Assembly (NCBI GenBank): GCA_041659365.1
Contig: JBAZYH010000002.1
Location: forward strand, 16,065 to 80,064
DNA length: 64,000 nt
Reading direction: 5' to 3'
DNA from: Minisyncoccota bacterium
GTDB lineage: Bacteria > Patescibacteriota > Minisyncoccia > Phycocordibacterales > GWA1-40-21
Shown here: piece after piece, positions 38,068 to 46,391 of the stretch
How the letters are laid out: the number at the start of each line of letters is the position of its first letter
How positions within the stretch are numbered: the stretch's first letter is position 1
Made by a program: the position numbers and the translations under genes
The notes under the pieces: generated by a model
What the model was told of the DNA's origin: nothing
Database searches by the model: none
The model's input: the letters and a program-made list of their open reading frames with translations, nothing else

Positions 38068-38125
38068 AATAGTCATAGCCAAAATATATCAATATTTTTA
38101 ATATTTTTTGGCTATGACTATTACT
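38068..38125. repeat. palindrome family 3 (TAGTCATAGCCAAAA-N-TTTTGGCTATGACTA), copy 2
   Basis: cagaatagtcatagccaaaatatatcaatatttttaatattttttggctatgactattac, in the promoter region of gene 36597..38015. Confidence 0.5.
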
Positions 38126-38299
38126 TTAAAAGTAAGATTTAATTATAAAAGAACACTCCATATTATTGGGAGTACACTATTTATACTGTATGCTTGAAAA
38201 AATGGTTGTCAATGGTATTGAGTGGAGAGGTGTTTTTAAAAGTAAAGATAAAAGAAAAACCCACCAAAGAAAAATGGTGGGTTTTTCTTTGGTGGGTGA

Positions 38300-38695
38300 C
38301 TACCTGAGACGAATCCCAGATTCACGCACCGCGCGGGTGAGGGACTTCTCGATGAGGCGGGGGAGCTTCTTGAGAAGTTTGTCGAGATGCGTCACTGCTT
38401 CGTCAAAAATCAACTGGCATTGAGGGTTAAGTTTTTCTGGGTCTTCCTCAGAAAGATTATTGATTCTCACGAGACATTCCCATACCTTCTGAAGTTCTTT
38501 GATATCCTTTTCAGAACCAAAAGACTGACGAAGGAAACGGTGACTTCTTTTTACACACATGCGGGGTATGCTGAGGCGTCCCCTATAGTGTAAATGAGGT
38601 GGTTCGGACTTTTCGTCCAAAATCATCGTTTTTAAACTGCGAACCGAACTCATGACACGGTCACGATACTCGTCCGCCATTTTTTTGATATCCAT
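38300..38695 (-). CDS. hypothetical protein (GC-rich island)
   Basis: Start at MDIKKMADEY with an aaaggag SD 7 nt upstream. The longer ORF-track start is probably read-through. Confidence 0.45.
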   Translation of the reverse strand: MDIKKMADEYRDRVMSSVRSLKTMILDEKSEPPHLHYRGRLSIPRMCVKRSHRFLRQSFGSEKDIKELQKVWECLVRINNLSEEDPEKLNPQCQLIFDEAVTHLDKLLKKLPRLIEKSLTRAVRESGIRLR

Positions 38696-38815
38696 CTGTA
38701 AACTCCTTTCAAAAGAGTGTTTGTGATTTTTGTAGATAACTTTCTGTTTATATAGTAGCAAGGGATTTGGATGGTGTCAATGGGTGGGGGTGGTAAAAAA
38801 TTAGAAATTAAAAAT

Positions 38816-38850
38816 AGAAAAACCCCGTTCACATTTCGTTACTAGGGGCT
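38816..38850. repeat. 35-nt direct repeat gaaaaaccccgttcacatttcgttactagggg, copy 1
   Basis: Identical copy at 39393..39427. Each sits immediately 3' of a minus-strand gene, suggesting a terminator/att-like role. Confidence 0.45.
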
Positions 38851-38859
38851 TTGTGTTGT

Positions 38860-39261
38860 TCACGAGCAGAGAGCACGGATTGCTGCTTTTTCGAGATCAC
38901 TTCCATCGGCAGTATGGGCGTACATTCTACGTCGTTCTTCTTGTGTGGTAGCGTTATCCAGGATTACCAGCATTGCTATTCTCTCGACCTCACTTCCACT
39001 CGGAGCATTGTTGTATACTTTATATCGCTCTTCTTGGGAGGTGGCATTATCGAGTATTATCTTCAGTGCTTCCTCTCGAATTCCGCCTGTAACAGGACTA
39101 TCGTTATATACTGACCACCGCTTATTTTGGGTGGTTGCAGCTTCGAGACGCATTTTCAACGGAAGATCATCTCCCGTTATAATTCCAAAAGCCCTAGCAA
39201 TTTTTTTCGCAGGAATACCAATCTTTTTTGCTTTTTTGACGCAATCAGCATAAGTTTTCAC
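38860..39261 (-). CDS. hypothetical protein with three internal repeats of about 31 aa
   Basis: RWSVYNDSPVTGGIREEALKIILDNATSQEE / RYKVYNNAPSGSEVERIAMLVILDNATTQEE / RRRMYAHTADGSDLEKAAIRALCS. Confidence 0.5.
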   Translation of the reverse strand: MKTYADCVKKAKKIGIPAKKIARAFGIITGDDLPLKMRLEAATTQNKRWSVYNDSPVTGGIREEALKIILDNATSQEERYKVYNNAPSGSEVERIAMLVILDNATTQEERRRMYAHTADGSDLEKAAIRALCS

Positions 39262-39392
39262 TTTTCTTTTCCTTTCTTGAGAGAGAACTTGAACTACTTA
39301 ATATAATATCAAAGTAAAATAAGTGTGTCAATGGTGGAGTGTAATGGTTCAATAACTTGGACTCAAAATATAAGTAATATAAATAAATAGAA

Positions 39393-39427
39393 AAACCCCG
39401 TTCACATTTCGTTACTAGGGGTCTTAA
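39393..39427. repeat. 35-nt direct repeat, copy 2
   Basis: aaaaaccccgttcacatttcgttactagggg. Confidence 0.45.
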
Positions 39428-39441
39428 GTATTTCACCAGTT

Positions 39442-39621
39442 CTCACTTTCTTGAAGTTTTTTATTTTTCCGACAGAAACCTCAAGATGAGGAAGGTACCT
39501 CCGAAAAAAATCCCAGCGGTCAGTTGTTGTGTCGGAGTCAATGTGATTAACCCCATTTTTGCCAAAGATCCTGCTATTAGGGCTTGAAAAGCCATGCCCA
39601 AAACAAGATAACTACTCATTG
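39442..39621 (-). CDS. small membrane peptide (about 59 aa)
   Basis: MSSYLVLGMAFQALIAGSLAKMGLITLTPTQQLTAGIFFGGTFLILRFLSEK. Not in the ORF track. Confidence 0.25.
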
Positions 39622-39905
39622 TAAACTCCTTTTTAAGCGGTTAGTTATGATTGTGATTAATGGAAGATTTATCCATAAGCACTGTTCCAGTTAGTATACT
39701 AGCATATCTGTTATAAAAAGTCAAGAGTATATTGGGCGAGAATCGTGAGTACACTTTCGGTCAGGAATAAATTTTTGTTATTATAAAAAAGAGATGGGCG
39801 GAATCGGTCTCAAATCACTAAGTATTTTAGAATTATTAAATTCTAAAATACAAAGTGTTTGCGACCCCGACTCGCAAGATTTTTTGCTAAAAATCTTTGG
39901 CTCCG

Positions 39906-39954
39906 TCTTTCGATTCTCACATGAAAGTGCTACCCAGCACTTTCTCATCTCCAC
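39906..39954 (+). other. tRNA-3'-end-mimic element A (T-loop-like TTCGATTCTCAC + hairpin GAAAGTGCT-ACCC-AGCACTTTC + TCATCTCCACC)
   Basis: The hairpin is identical to that of element B (55904-55925). The terminal TCTCCACC is the inverted complement of the 3' end of the tRNA fragment at 39999..40026. A palindromic terminator lies between them. Confidence 0.4.
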
Positions 39955-39998
39955 CTAAAAAACAAAAAGCACCTCTTACGAGGTGCTAATGTTTTTAC

Positions 39999-40026
39999 AG
40001 GTGGAGATGGCGCGAATCGAACGCGC
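39999..40026 (-). other. orphan tRNA 3' fragment (T-arm GCGCG-TTCGATT-CGCGC + acceptor CATCTCC-A-CC), likely an att-site remnant
   Basis: A perfect T-arm and acceptor 3' strand are present on the minus strand. No matching 5' half (GGAGATG) was found in the adjacent sequence read. Confidence 0.45.
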
Positions 40027-40189
40027 GTGCAAATGATTGTTCCCAATGCTTCTACAAAGTATAGTTTGTTTAGTTTCGCCCGAAAGCGAATTTAAAATTA
40101 TAGACTATAAATAAACAAAACATCTATAATTCGATTCTCTAATTTTCTTTGTGTATCGAGAAGGTACACAATATATCCTGAAAATATAT

Positions 40190-40262
40190 CACCCTAAAAC
40201 ATTTTGTAAACAAAATGTTCGGGCGATCAATTTTTGTATTAACAAAAATTGATTTAGCCCCA
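40190..40262. repeat. 75-nt direct repeat (CCCTAAAACATTTT..GTTCGGGCGATCAATTTTTGTATTAAxAAAAATTGATTTAGCC), copy 1
   Basis: Shares its 5' module with family 2 and contains the palindrome atcaattttt..aaaaattgat. Second copy at 40468..40540. Confidence 0.5.
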
Positions 40263-40467
40263 ACAGCTTATCAGAAATAGGCTGCTAGTGTGTCGCTTAG
40301 GCTAAAGCGTAAGCGAAAGTAAGGTCCTTGGTACCAAAAAATGGTGACACAATGCCAGCTACTTTTGAAGAAATGCTATTTGCATTTGAAGTTCCTTGAT
40401 AGATTTAAGAGTTCACAAGGTTGCTCTACTTTGCGCAAGAGAGAACGGGACCAAATGTCTAGGCCGA

Positions 40468-40540
40468 TCATCCCCCTAAAACATTTTTTACTAAAAATGT
40501 TCGGGCGATCAATTTTTGTATTAATAAAAATTGATTTAGC
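40468..40540. repeat. 75-nt direct repeat, copy 2
   Basis: ccctaaaacattttttactaaaaatgttcgggcgatcaatttttgtattaataaaaattgatttagcc. Confidence 0.5.
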
Positions 40541-40542
40541 CA

Positions 40543-40818
40543 CTATTTTGAATCATACCTTATTTTGTTTATATATTCATCAAGAAATTTCTTTTTTTCT
40601 CTTGATCCCCATAAACTTTTTAAAAATCTTTCTCTATTAAAAGCATCTGCTTTGTTTTTGAAAGTTTCTTTATGCATAAGAACAAAAGGTATTCTTTTTG
40701 ATGTTGATTTAACATCTCCTTTATTATGTCTCTCTAATCTTTCTTCTATATTAGATGTACAACCAACATAAAGTTTTTTGTCTTTTTCGCTAAATAATAT
40801 ATAGACAAAATAAGGCAT
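40543..40818 (-). CDS. GIY-YIG family nuclease
   Basis: YFVYILFSEKDKKLYVGCTSNIEERLERHNKG is the GIY-YIG motif. Confidence 0.7.
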   Translation of the reverse strand: MPYFVYILFSEKDKKLYVGCTSNIEERLERHNKGDVKSTSKRIPFVLMHKETFKNKADAFNRERFLKSLWGSREKKKFLDEYINKIRYDSK

Positions 40819-40822
40819 GATT

Positions 40823-41269
40823 CTATTCGTTTTTCAATGTTCTTCTTATCTCTCGGTCAGATTCGCGTTTCTTGATAGATTCGCGTTTATCTTTATTCTT
40901 CTTACCTCGAGCTAAGCCAAGCTCTACTTTTAGCTTATGCCCCATATTATACACCGATAATGCTACTATTGTCAAACCATTTTGATTTTCTGTGCCGGCA
41001 AGCCTTTTAAGCTCCTTTTTGGTAAGCAAGAGTTTTCTATTTCTTCGTGGATCGTAATCTTGAGGTGTGTTTTTAGGTTGAAGGGGAGTAATACCAGCTC
41101 CTATAAGAAAGGCTTCATTTCCTCGAATTGTCGCATAAGCCCCATCAAGTGTTATTCGCCCAGCTTTTATTGCTTTAACTTCAAAACCGAGTAGCTCAAT
41201 ACCAGCCGTGATTTTTTCAAGGATTTCATAATTAAAATATGCTTTTCTGTTTTCTGCAAAATTTGCCAT
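40823..41269 (-). CDS. smpB: SsrA-binding protein SmpB
   Basis: NRKAYFNYEI..E.GIEL.G.EVKAIK.G...L..AYA.I..NEAFL......PL.P. matches the SmpB family, with a basic C-terminal tail. Confidence 0.85.
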   Translation of the reverse strand: MANFAENRKAYFNYEILEKITAGIELLGFEVKAIKAGRITLDGAYATIRGNEAFLIGAGITPLQPKNTPQDYDPRRNRKLLLTKKELKRLAGTENQNGLTIVALSVYNMGHKLKVELGLARGKKNKDKRESIKKRESDREIRRTLKNE

Positions 41270-41295
41270 AAGTTGTATTTGTATAGTAACAAAAT

Positions 41296-41345
41296 AATAG
41301 GGAATTGAGAAATAAAAAACCGCTCGCCTAGATGAACTAGGCGAG
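41296..41345. terminator. rho-independent terminator for the minus-strand gene 41365..41652
   Basis: On the minus strand: ccgctcgcctag-ttcat-ctaggcgagcgg followed by TTTTTT. Confidence 0.6.
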
Positions 41346-41364
41346 CGGGGTGGTGGAAGACGTT

Positions 41365-41652
41365 TTACTTTTTTTTCTTAGTGTCTGTCTTCCTCCGGAC
41401 TTCGATCGTGTGGTGTGTTGCCAGTGCGGCAATACCAGCAACTGCAGTAAGGAAGGGGGCGACGATCGCGGCTACTGTACCGATTGCTGCTCCCTTGATA
41501 AGGGGTAATTGCAGTTCGATTTTGCCACTCGGATTACTGATCACGAGTTCGTGGGCCCCTCCTTTTTCGATGATCTGTTTCGCTTTAGCTAACAAACGGT
41601 CAGCACTTACTTTGACCTGCTTTTCGATAATTTTGCGATTTAACTTCGCCAT
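41365..41652 (-). CDS. hypothetical small protein with a C-terminal hydrophobic segment
   Basis: 95 aa, high GC. C-terminal GAAIGTVAAIVAPFLTAVAGIAALA is hydrophobic, followed by a KKKK tail. Confidence 0.45.
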   Translation of the reverse strand: MAKLNRKIIEKQVKVSADRLLAKAKQIIEKGGAHELVISNPSGKIELQLPLIKGAAIGTVAAIVAPFLTAVAGIAALATHHTIEVRRKTDTKKKK

Positions 41653-41958
41653 TTTATCTCCTCCTTCTTTTTGTTTTGTTTCCTATCCAAAAAAAATATT
41701 AAACTATTAAATAATAAAAGTCAATAGTATTTTTTAGAACATTACTTAAGCTTTTAGAACAGCTTGACAAATATTTTAAAACATGTATTATGTTATGCAG
41801 ATTATTGTGTTCGTTGACGTTCACATTTAACCTATTAGTTTCAAATTTTAAACGAAAGGAGGCTTAACCGAAAGGATAAGTCACTAGTTTGGTGTTTGTC
41901 GATGTTTGTTGAAGGTATCAAAAACGTTTCAAGTTCAAATCTCAAAAGGAGAATCAGA

Positions 41959-43686
41959 ATGAAGAAGTTGTCCAAGTTGTTCGTGACCTTACTGGTTGGC
42001 GTTTTTGCCCTCCAGACACAGGCAGTGTCCTATGTGAAGTCGGCACCTCTCTCGGAGGTGGTCGGGACTCGGGTTGGTTTGGTTCAGGATGGTGCTGTGC
42101 AGGAACTGCCCATCATCACCTGGGGTGGCGATATCGCTACCATCGTTGCGAACGGTAATCAGGTCAACACGGCGGTCGGCAGCCTCTTCGACAAGGAGGG
42201 GTTGAAGTTTAAGATTGTCCGTGAGGACGTCTTTCCGAAACAGTTGGAAGGCTACATCAGTGGGAAGACCCCGTATTTGCGGGGAACCGTTGGTCAGATC
42301 AACATGGCCCTCGAGCTCCTGTCGAAGGATCCTCGAACCAAGCCGGTTGTTGTTTACACTCTCACCAGGTCAGTTGGAGGAGATTGCCTTGCTGTAAAAC
42401 AGGGGATCAATACGATCAAAGACTTGAAGGGAAAGACTATTGCAGTCAATGCATACAGCCCTCATGTGGAATTCCTCGGAACGGTGCTCGATAGTGCCGG
42501 GCTGATGATGACCGATGTGAAGATTGTGTGGACAAAAGATTTGACTGGTTCGAAGGAAACTCCGGGCCAAGCATTTCTCAGTGATCCGACTGTCGATGCG
42601 TGTTTTGCTATCTCACCTGATGCCAATGCTTTAACGAGCGGTGGCAAAGTGGGAGATGGATCCGAGGGCTCTGCAAAGGGTGCTCGAATTCTCTTTTCAA
42701 CAAAGACAGCAAGTAACGTGATTTATGACGTTTATGCTGTACGCGCCGATTATCTGGCCTCACACCCTGATAACGTTGCGAAGTTCGTCCATGCTTTGCT
42801 TATGGCAGAAGAGAATCTGTCCTTGCTCATGGGAAATTCGAGTACGCGAAAGGCGGAGTACGACAAAACACTGGCGGCGGCTGGAAAGATTATTCTCGAC
42901 AGTGAACAGGCGACAGGTGATATCATTGGTTTGTATGGTGATTGCGAATATGTTGGCTACGTGGGGAACATCAAGTTCCTTGCTACACCGACGGAAGTTC
43001 GTCGCCTCGAAACCTTGTCGTCTGAAATCCAGGAAGCGTTTATCGGTCTTGGGTTGTTGTCTGGTAAGGCGGAGCTTGCGAAAGCAGGTTTTGATTATGA
43101 AGCTCTGAAGAAGGGCTTGATCAAGACAGTTGCTGTGGTGGCTCCGAAATTCCAGGCGGCCGAAGTCGCGAAGGTTATTGATCAGAAGTCGAAACAGGGA
43201 GACAGTGGCTCCATTTTCAGCTTCGAAATCCTGTTCAGCCCAAATCAGAATACATTTAACTCTGAGTTGTATAAGGCAGATTTCGATCGTGCAATCGAAC
43301 TCGCAGCCACATACGGTGGAGCGATTCTCACAATCGAAGGACATGCTGATCCGATGCAATATATCGACAAGAAAGCGGCGAATGCACCCGAGCTGGTGCT
43401 TTCACGTCTTCGTCAGTCGGCAAAGAATCTTTCGTTGACGCGAGCAATCGCTCTACGCGAGAGTCTTCTCAATTATGGCAAACTGAAGATGGTCATTATG
43501 GACCCGTCGCAGTTTGCCGTAGTTGGTCACGGCTTTGAGAAACCGAAAACCGGCCTCAAGAATGGTGAGCCTGTTCGTCCGAAAGATCAGCAGGAGTGGG
43601 CATCGAACATGCGAGTCGTGTTCGAGTTAATTCCTGTTGGTGAAGTGGAGTCCCAGGTGTTTACGCCGGCAGGAGGTGGAAAATGA
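41959..43686 (+). CDS. secreted fusion protein: NMT1/SsuA-like periplasmic-binding domain + C-terminal OmpA-like domain
   Basis: Signal peptide MKKLSKLFVTLLVGVFALQTQA with an aaaggag SD. GKTIAVNAYSPHVEF.. is SBP-like. The C-terminal ILTIEGHADP...NLSLTRAIALRESL...VVGHGFEKP is an OmpA/MotB C-domain motif. Confidence 0.55.
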   Translation: MKKLSKLFVTLLVGVFALQTQAVSYVKSAPLSEVVGTRVGLVQDGAVQELPIITWGGDIATIVANGNQVNTAVGSLFDKEGLKFKIVREDVFPKQLEGYISGKTPYLRGTVGQINMALELLSKDPRTKPVVVYTLTRSVGGDCLAVKQGINTIKDLKGKTIAVNAYSPHVEFLGTVLDSAGLMMTDVKIVWTKDLTGSKETPGQAFLSDPTVDACFAISPDANALTSGGKVGDGSEGSAKGARILFSTKTASNVIYDVYAVRADYLASHPDNVAKFVHALLMAEENLSLLMGNSSTRKAEYDKTLAAAGKIILDSEQATGDIIGLYGDCEYVGYVGNIKFLATPTEVRRLETLSSEIQEAFIGLGLLSGKAELAKAGFDYEALKKGLIKTVAVVAPKFQAAEVAKVIDQKSKQGDSGSIFSFEILFSPNQNTFNSELYKADFDRAIELAATYGGAILTIEGHADPMQYIDKKAANAPELVLSRLRQSAKNLSLTRAIALRESLLNYGKLKMVIMDPSQFAVVGHGFEKPKTGLKNGEPVRPKDQQEWASNMRVVFELIPVGEVESQVFTPAGGGK

Positions 43687-44426
43687 AGAAAAGTTTTCCG
43701 CTTGTCTGTTGCTTCGTCGCCATGTGCCTTGTTTCGGCCTGTGGTGATGGGGGTAATGTGTCCAGTCAACAGACTGGGCAGGCTGGTGTTTCTCTATCGG
43801 TTAAGTCCGCTGTGAAATACACATGGCTCGATCAGAGTGCTTCGAAGAGCAGTGCCTTGGATGAGAACCTTCTTCGGAAGAATATCTACCTGGTGCTTGA
43901 CTGCTCAAGCAGTATGGCCGAGTCATGCGGTGGTGGGAAGACGAAGATTAATGCAGCCAAGGAGGCGATCAATCGTTTCGTCAGTCTGATTCCGGAGGAT
44001 ACGAACCTCGGATTCCTTACGTTCGAGTTTTCGGATGTTCAGGAAAAAATCCCATTGGGAATAGGAAACCGTAAGGAGTTGATCACAGCGGTCAACCGCC
44101 CAGCGGCAAATGGTTCCACGCCACTAAGTAAGGCAGTGGAAATGGGTTATGAGAAACTCCGTGAGCAAGCCTTAAAACAGCTTGGTTATGGCGAATACCA
44201 CCTTGTGGTTATGACCGACGGTGAAGCAAATCCTGGTTGTGACCCTGGGAAAATCGTCGACAAAATCCTGAAAACATCACCGGTGGTGATTCATGCCATT
44301 GGGATTAATATTGGGAGCGGACACAGTCTCAATCAGCCTGGAAGAACGATCTATAAGGATGCACAAAATCCGAAAGATCTGGAAGATGGGTTGGCGGAGA
44401 TTGCTGCCGAGTCGGAGAAATTCTAG
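43683..44426 (+). CDS. vWA-domain lipoprotein
   Basis: Lipobox LVSAC. MIDAS motif: DCSSSM...GSTPL...VMTDGEAN. ATGA overlap with the upstream gene. Confidence 0.7.
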   Translation: MKKSFPLVCCFVAMCLVSACGDGGNVSSQQTGQAGVSLSVKSAVKYTWLDQSASKSSALDENLLRKNIYLVLDCSSSMAESCGGGKTKINAAKEAINRFVSLIPEDTNLGFLTFEFSDVQEKIPLGIGNRKELITAVNRPAANGSTPLSKAVEMGYEKLREQALKQLGYGEYHLVVMTDGEANPGCDPGKIVDKILKTSPVVIHAIGINIGSGHSLNQPGRTIYKDAQNPKDLEDGLAEIAAESEKF

Positions 44427-44451
44427 TCGGTTAAATGTGAACAAATAGTGC

Positions 44452-44490
44452 GAGCCCCCTCCAGTATATCTGGTAGGGGGCTTTCTTTTT
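44452..44490. terminator. rho-independent terminator
   Basis: gagccccctccag-tatat-ctggtagggggctttcttttt. Confidence 0.55.
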
Positions 44491-44574
44491 GTCTGCTATT
44501 GACAAAATAGTTATTTCATGTATATTTAGGGTTGTTGTTATTTGATATCAAAACGAAAAGCAAGGAGAAAAAGG

Positions 44575-46149
44575 ATGAAAAAAGGTACGGTATTACCGGT
44601 ACTGTTTATGATTATTGTTTTGGTGGGAGTGTTTTCTTACAAAGGGATTCTTCCTCACTTGAAAAACAAGCAACAGAAACAGACGAGTGATTCGAAAGAT
44701 CTCAAGGGGGAAATCTCTTTGGCGATCGATAACTGGATCGGGTATTTTCCCGTCAGTTCTTCTCGGATGAAGAAGTATCTGAGAAGTGAAGGATATGGCC
44801 TTAAGGTTACAGATGACGGCGCGGACTATGCGAGTCGTATGAAAAATCTTAAGGACAGGAAGTACGACTTTGTCGTGGCTACTGTTGATTCGGATATTTT
44901 GAATTCTGCGCCACTCGATTTTCCGGGCACCATTATGATGGTAATCGATGAATCAAAAGGTGCAGACGCTATGGTGGCATACACCAATGTTGTCTCAAGT
45001 CTCGATTCATTTAAGGAGAATCTTCAAGTGAAGATTGGATTCACTGCTGGTTCTCCGAGTCACCATTTGGTGAAGATTGTTGCCTCGCACTTTAGTGTGC
45101 CAGGTTTGAAGAAGTTGGATGGCGCTCATAAGGTTGAGACGAAAGACTCAGACGAAGCATTCAAATTATTCCGTGAAAAAAAAGTTCAGGTTGCTGTGCT
45201 TTGGGAACCGAACGTTTCAAGGGCACTCAAGCTACCTGGTGTAGGGAAGATCATTGGGTCTGAAAGTATCAGTCGAGGTATCGTCGATGTGCTCATGGTT
45301 AACCGTGAGTTTGCATTGAAGTATCCTGAAAAAGTGAACCTTTTCCTTCGGACGTATTTTCGGGTGTTGAAGTTTTATGCTGATAACCCGGAAGATTTGA
45401 AGAAGGACATTCACTCTGAGCTCAAGATTCCTGTGGATTCAATCCCACAAATGCTTGACGGTGTACGTTGGGTAAATCTAACGGAAAACTGTCAGGAATG
45501 GTTCGGAGTAGGTGGTCCTGGTCAGACGTCTGAACAGGGACTGGTGGATACGATCGAGTCTACGGTTTCAATTCTTATTGAGAGTGGTGATTTTAAAGAA
45601 AACCCTCTCCCAGATAAAGATCCTTATCGTATTATTAACAGTAGTTTTGTTTCCTCAATCTACAAGGACGGTGTCAAAACCGGTTTTGCAAGTTTGGAGA
45701 CAGGGGCTACTGGTGCGGTTGTGGGTATTGGTTTGGACCGTCCTTTCAAACAGTTGACGGACGCGCAGTGGGATAGGCTTCGGTCAGTAGGTAGTATCCG
45801 CGTTGACCCGATTATGTTTCAAAGTGGTCTTGCTGACTTGACGATTTCGGAGAAGGAGAAGCTTGATTTGGCGGTAAGCCGTCTCAAGCATTATCCAACA
45901 TTCCGGATTAAGGTTAGTGGGCATACTTCGTCTTCGGGTGATCCTGAGGCGAACGTAGAATTGTCACAAGCAAGGGCTGACTCTGTCGCTCGGTATCTCA
46001 TGATTACTTACAGTGTTGATCAAAATCGCATTAGGTCTGTTGGGTTTGGTGGCAGTAGGCCACTTTCAAAATTGCCTGATGAATCAGATCGCGCTTACGG
46101 GTATCGTCTGCCGAGGGTTGAGCTTTGCCTTTTTGCTGAGACGTTTTGA
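44575..46149 (+). CDS. membrane-anchored fusion protein: SsuA/NMT1-like binding domain + C-terminal OmpA-like domain
   Basis: N-terminal TM anchor. The C-terminal RIKVSGHTSSSGDPEANVELSQARADSVARYL...VGFGGSRPL is an OmpA C-domain. Same architecture as 41959..43686. Confidence 0.55.
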   Translation: MKKGTVLPVLFMIIVLVGVFSYKGILPHLKNKQQKQTSDSKDLKGEISLAIDNWIGYFPVSSSRMKKYLRSEGYGLKVTDDGADYASRMKNLKDRKYDFVVATVDSDILNSAPLDFPGTIMMVIDESKGADAMVAYTNVVSSLDSFKENLQVKIGFTAGSPSHHLVKIVASHFSVPGLKKLDGAHKVETKDSDEAFKLFREKKVQVAVLWEPNVSRALKLPGVGKIIGSESISRGIVDVLMVNREFALKYPEKVNLFLRTYFRVLKFYADNPEDLKKDIHSELKIPVDSIPQMLDGVRWVNLTENCQEWFGVGGPGQTSEQGLVDTIESTVSILIESGDFKENPLPDKDPYRIINSSFVSSIYKDGVKTGFASLETGATGAVVGIGLDRPFKQLTDAQWDRLRSVGSIRVDPIMFQSGLADLTISEKEKLDLAVSRLKHYPTFRIKVSGHTSSSGDPEANVELSQARADSVARYLMITYSVDQNRIRSVGFGGSRPLSKLPDESDRAYGYRLPRVELCLFAETF

Positions 46150-46172
46150 TTAATAGTGGTGGTTGTGTGCTG

Positions 46173-46207
46173 TGGCCCGTTTCCTTTCGAGGAAACGGGC
46201 CACTTTT
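46173..46207. terminator. rho-independent terminator
   Basis: tggcccgtttcc-tttcga-ggaaacgggcca followed by a T-run. Confidence 0.55.
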
Positions 46208-46391
46208 ACTTTAGCGAAAGTATGTCGCGCAATCGTCCATTGAAGTGCGACGAAAACTAATAGACAGTATCCTTATTATGAGTTGTATTTAATAGTTTAT
46301 GTCACCCTTGACAAAAACTTTAAATATGATATCAATCATGCAGAAGTATCTTTGTAAAAACGTTGAATAAACAGAAAAAGGAGAACAGATA

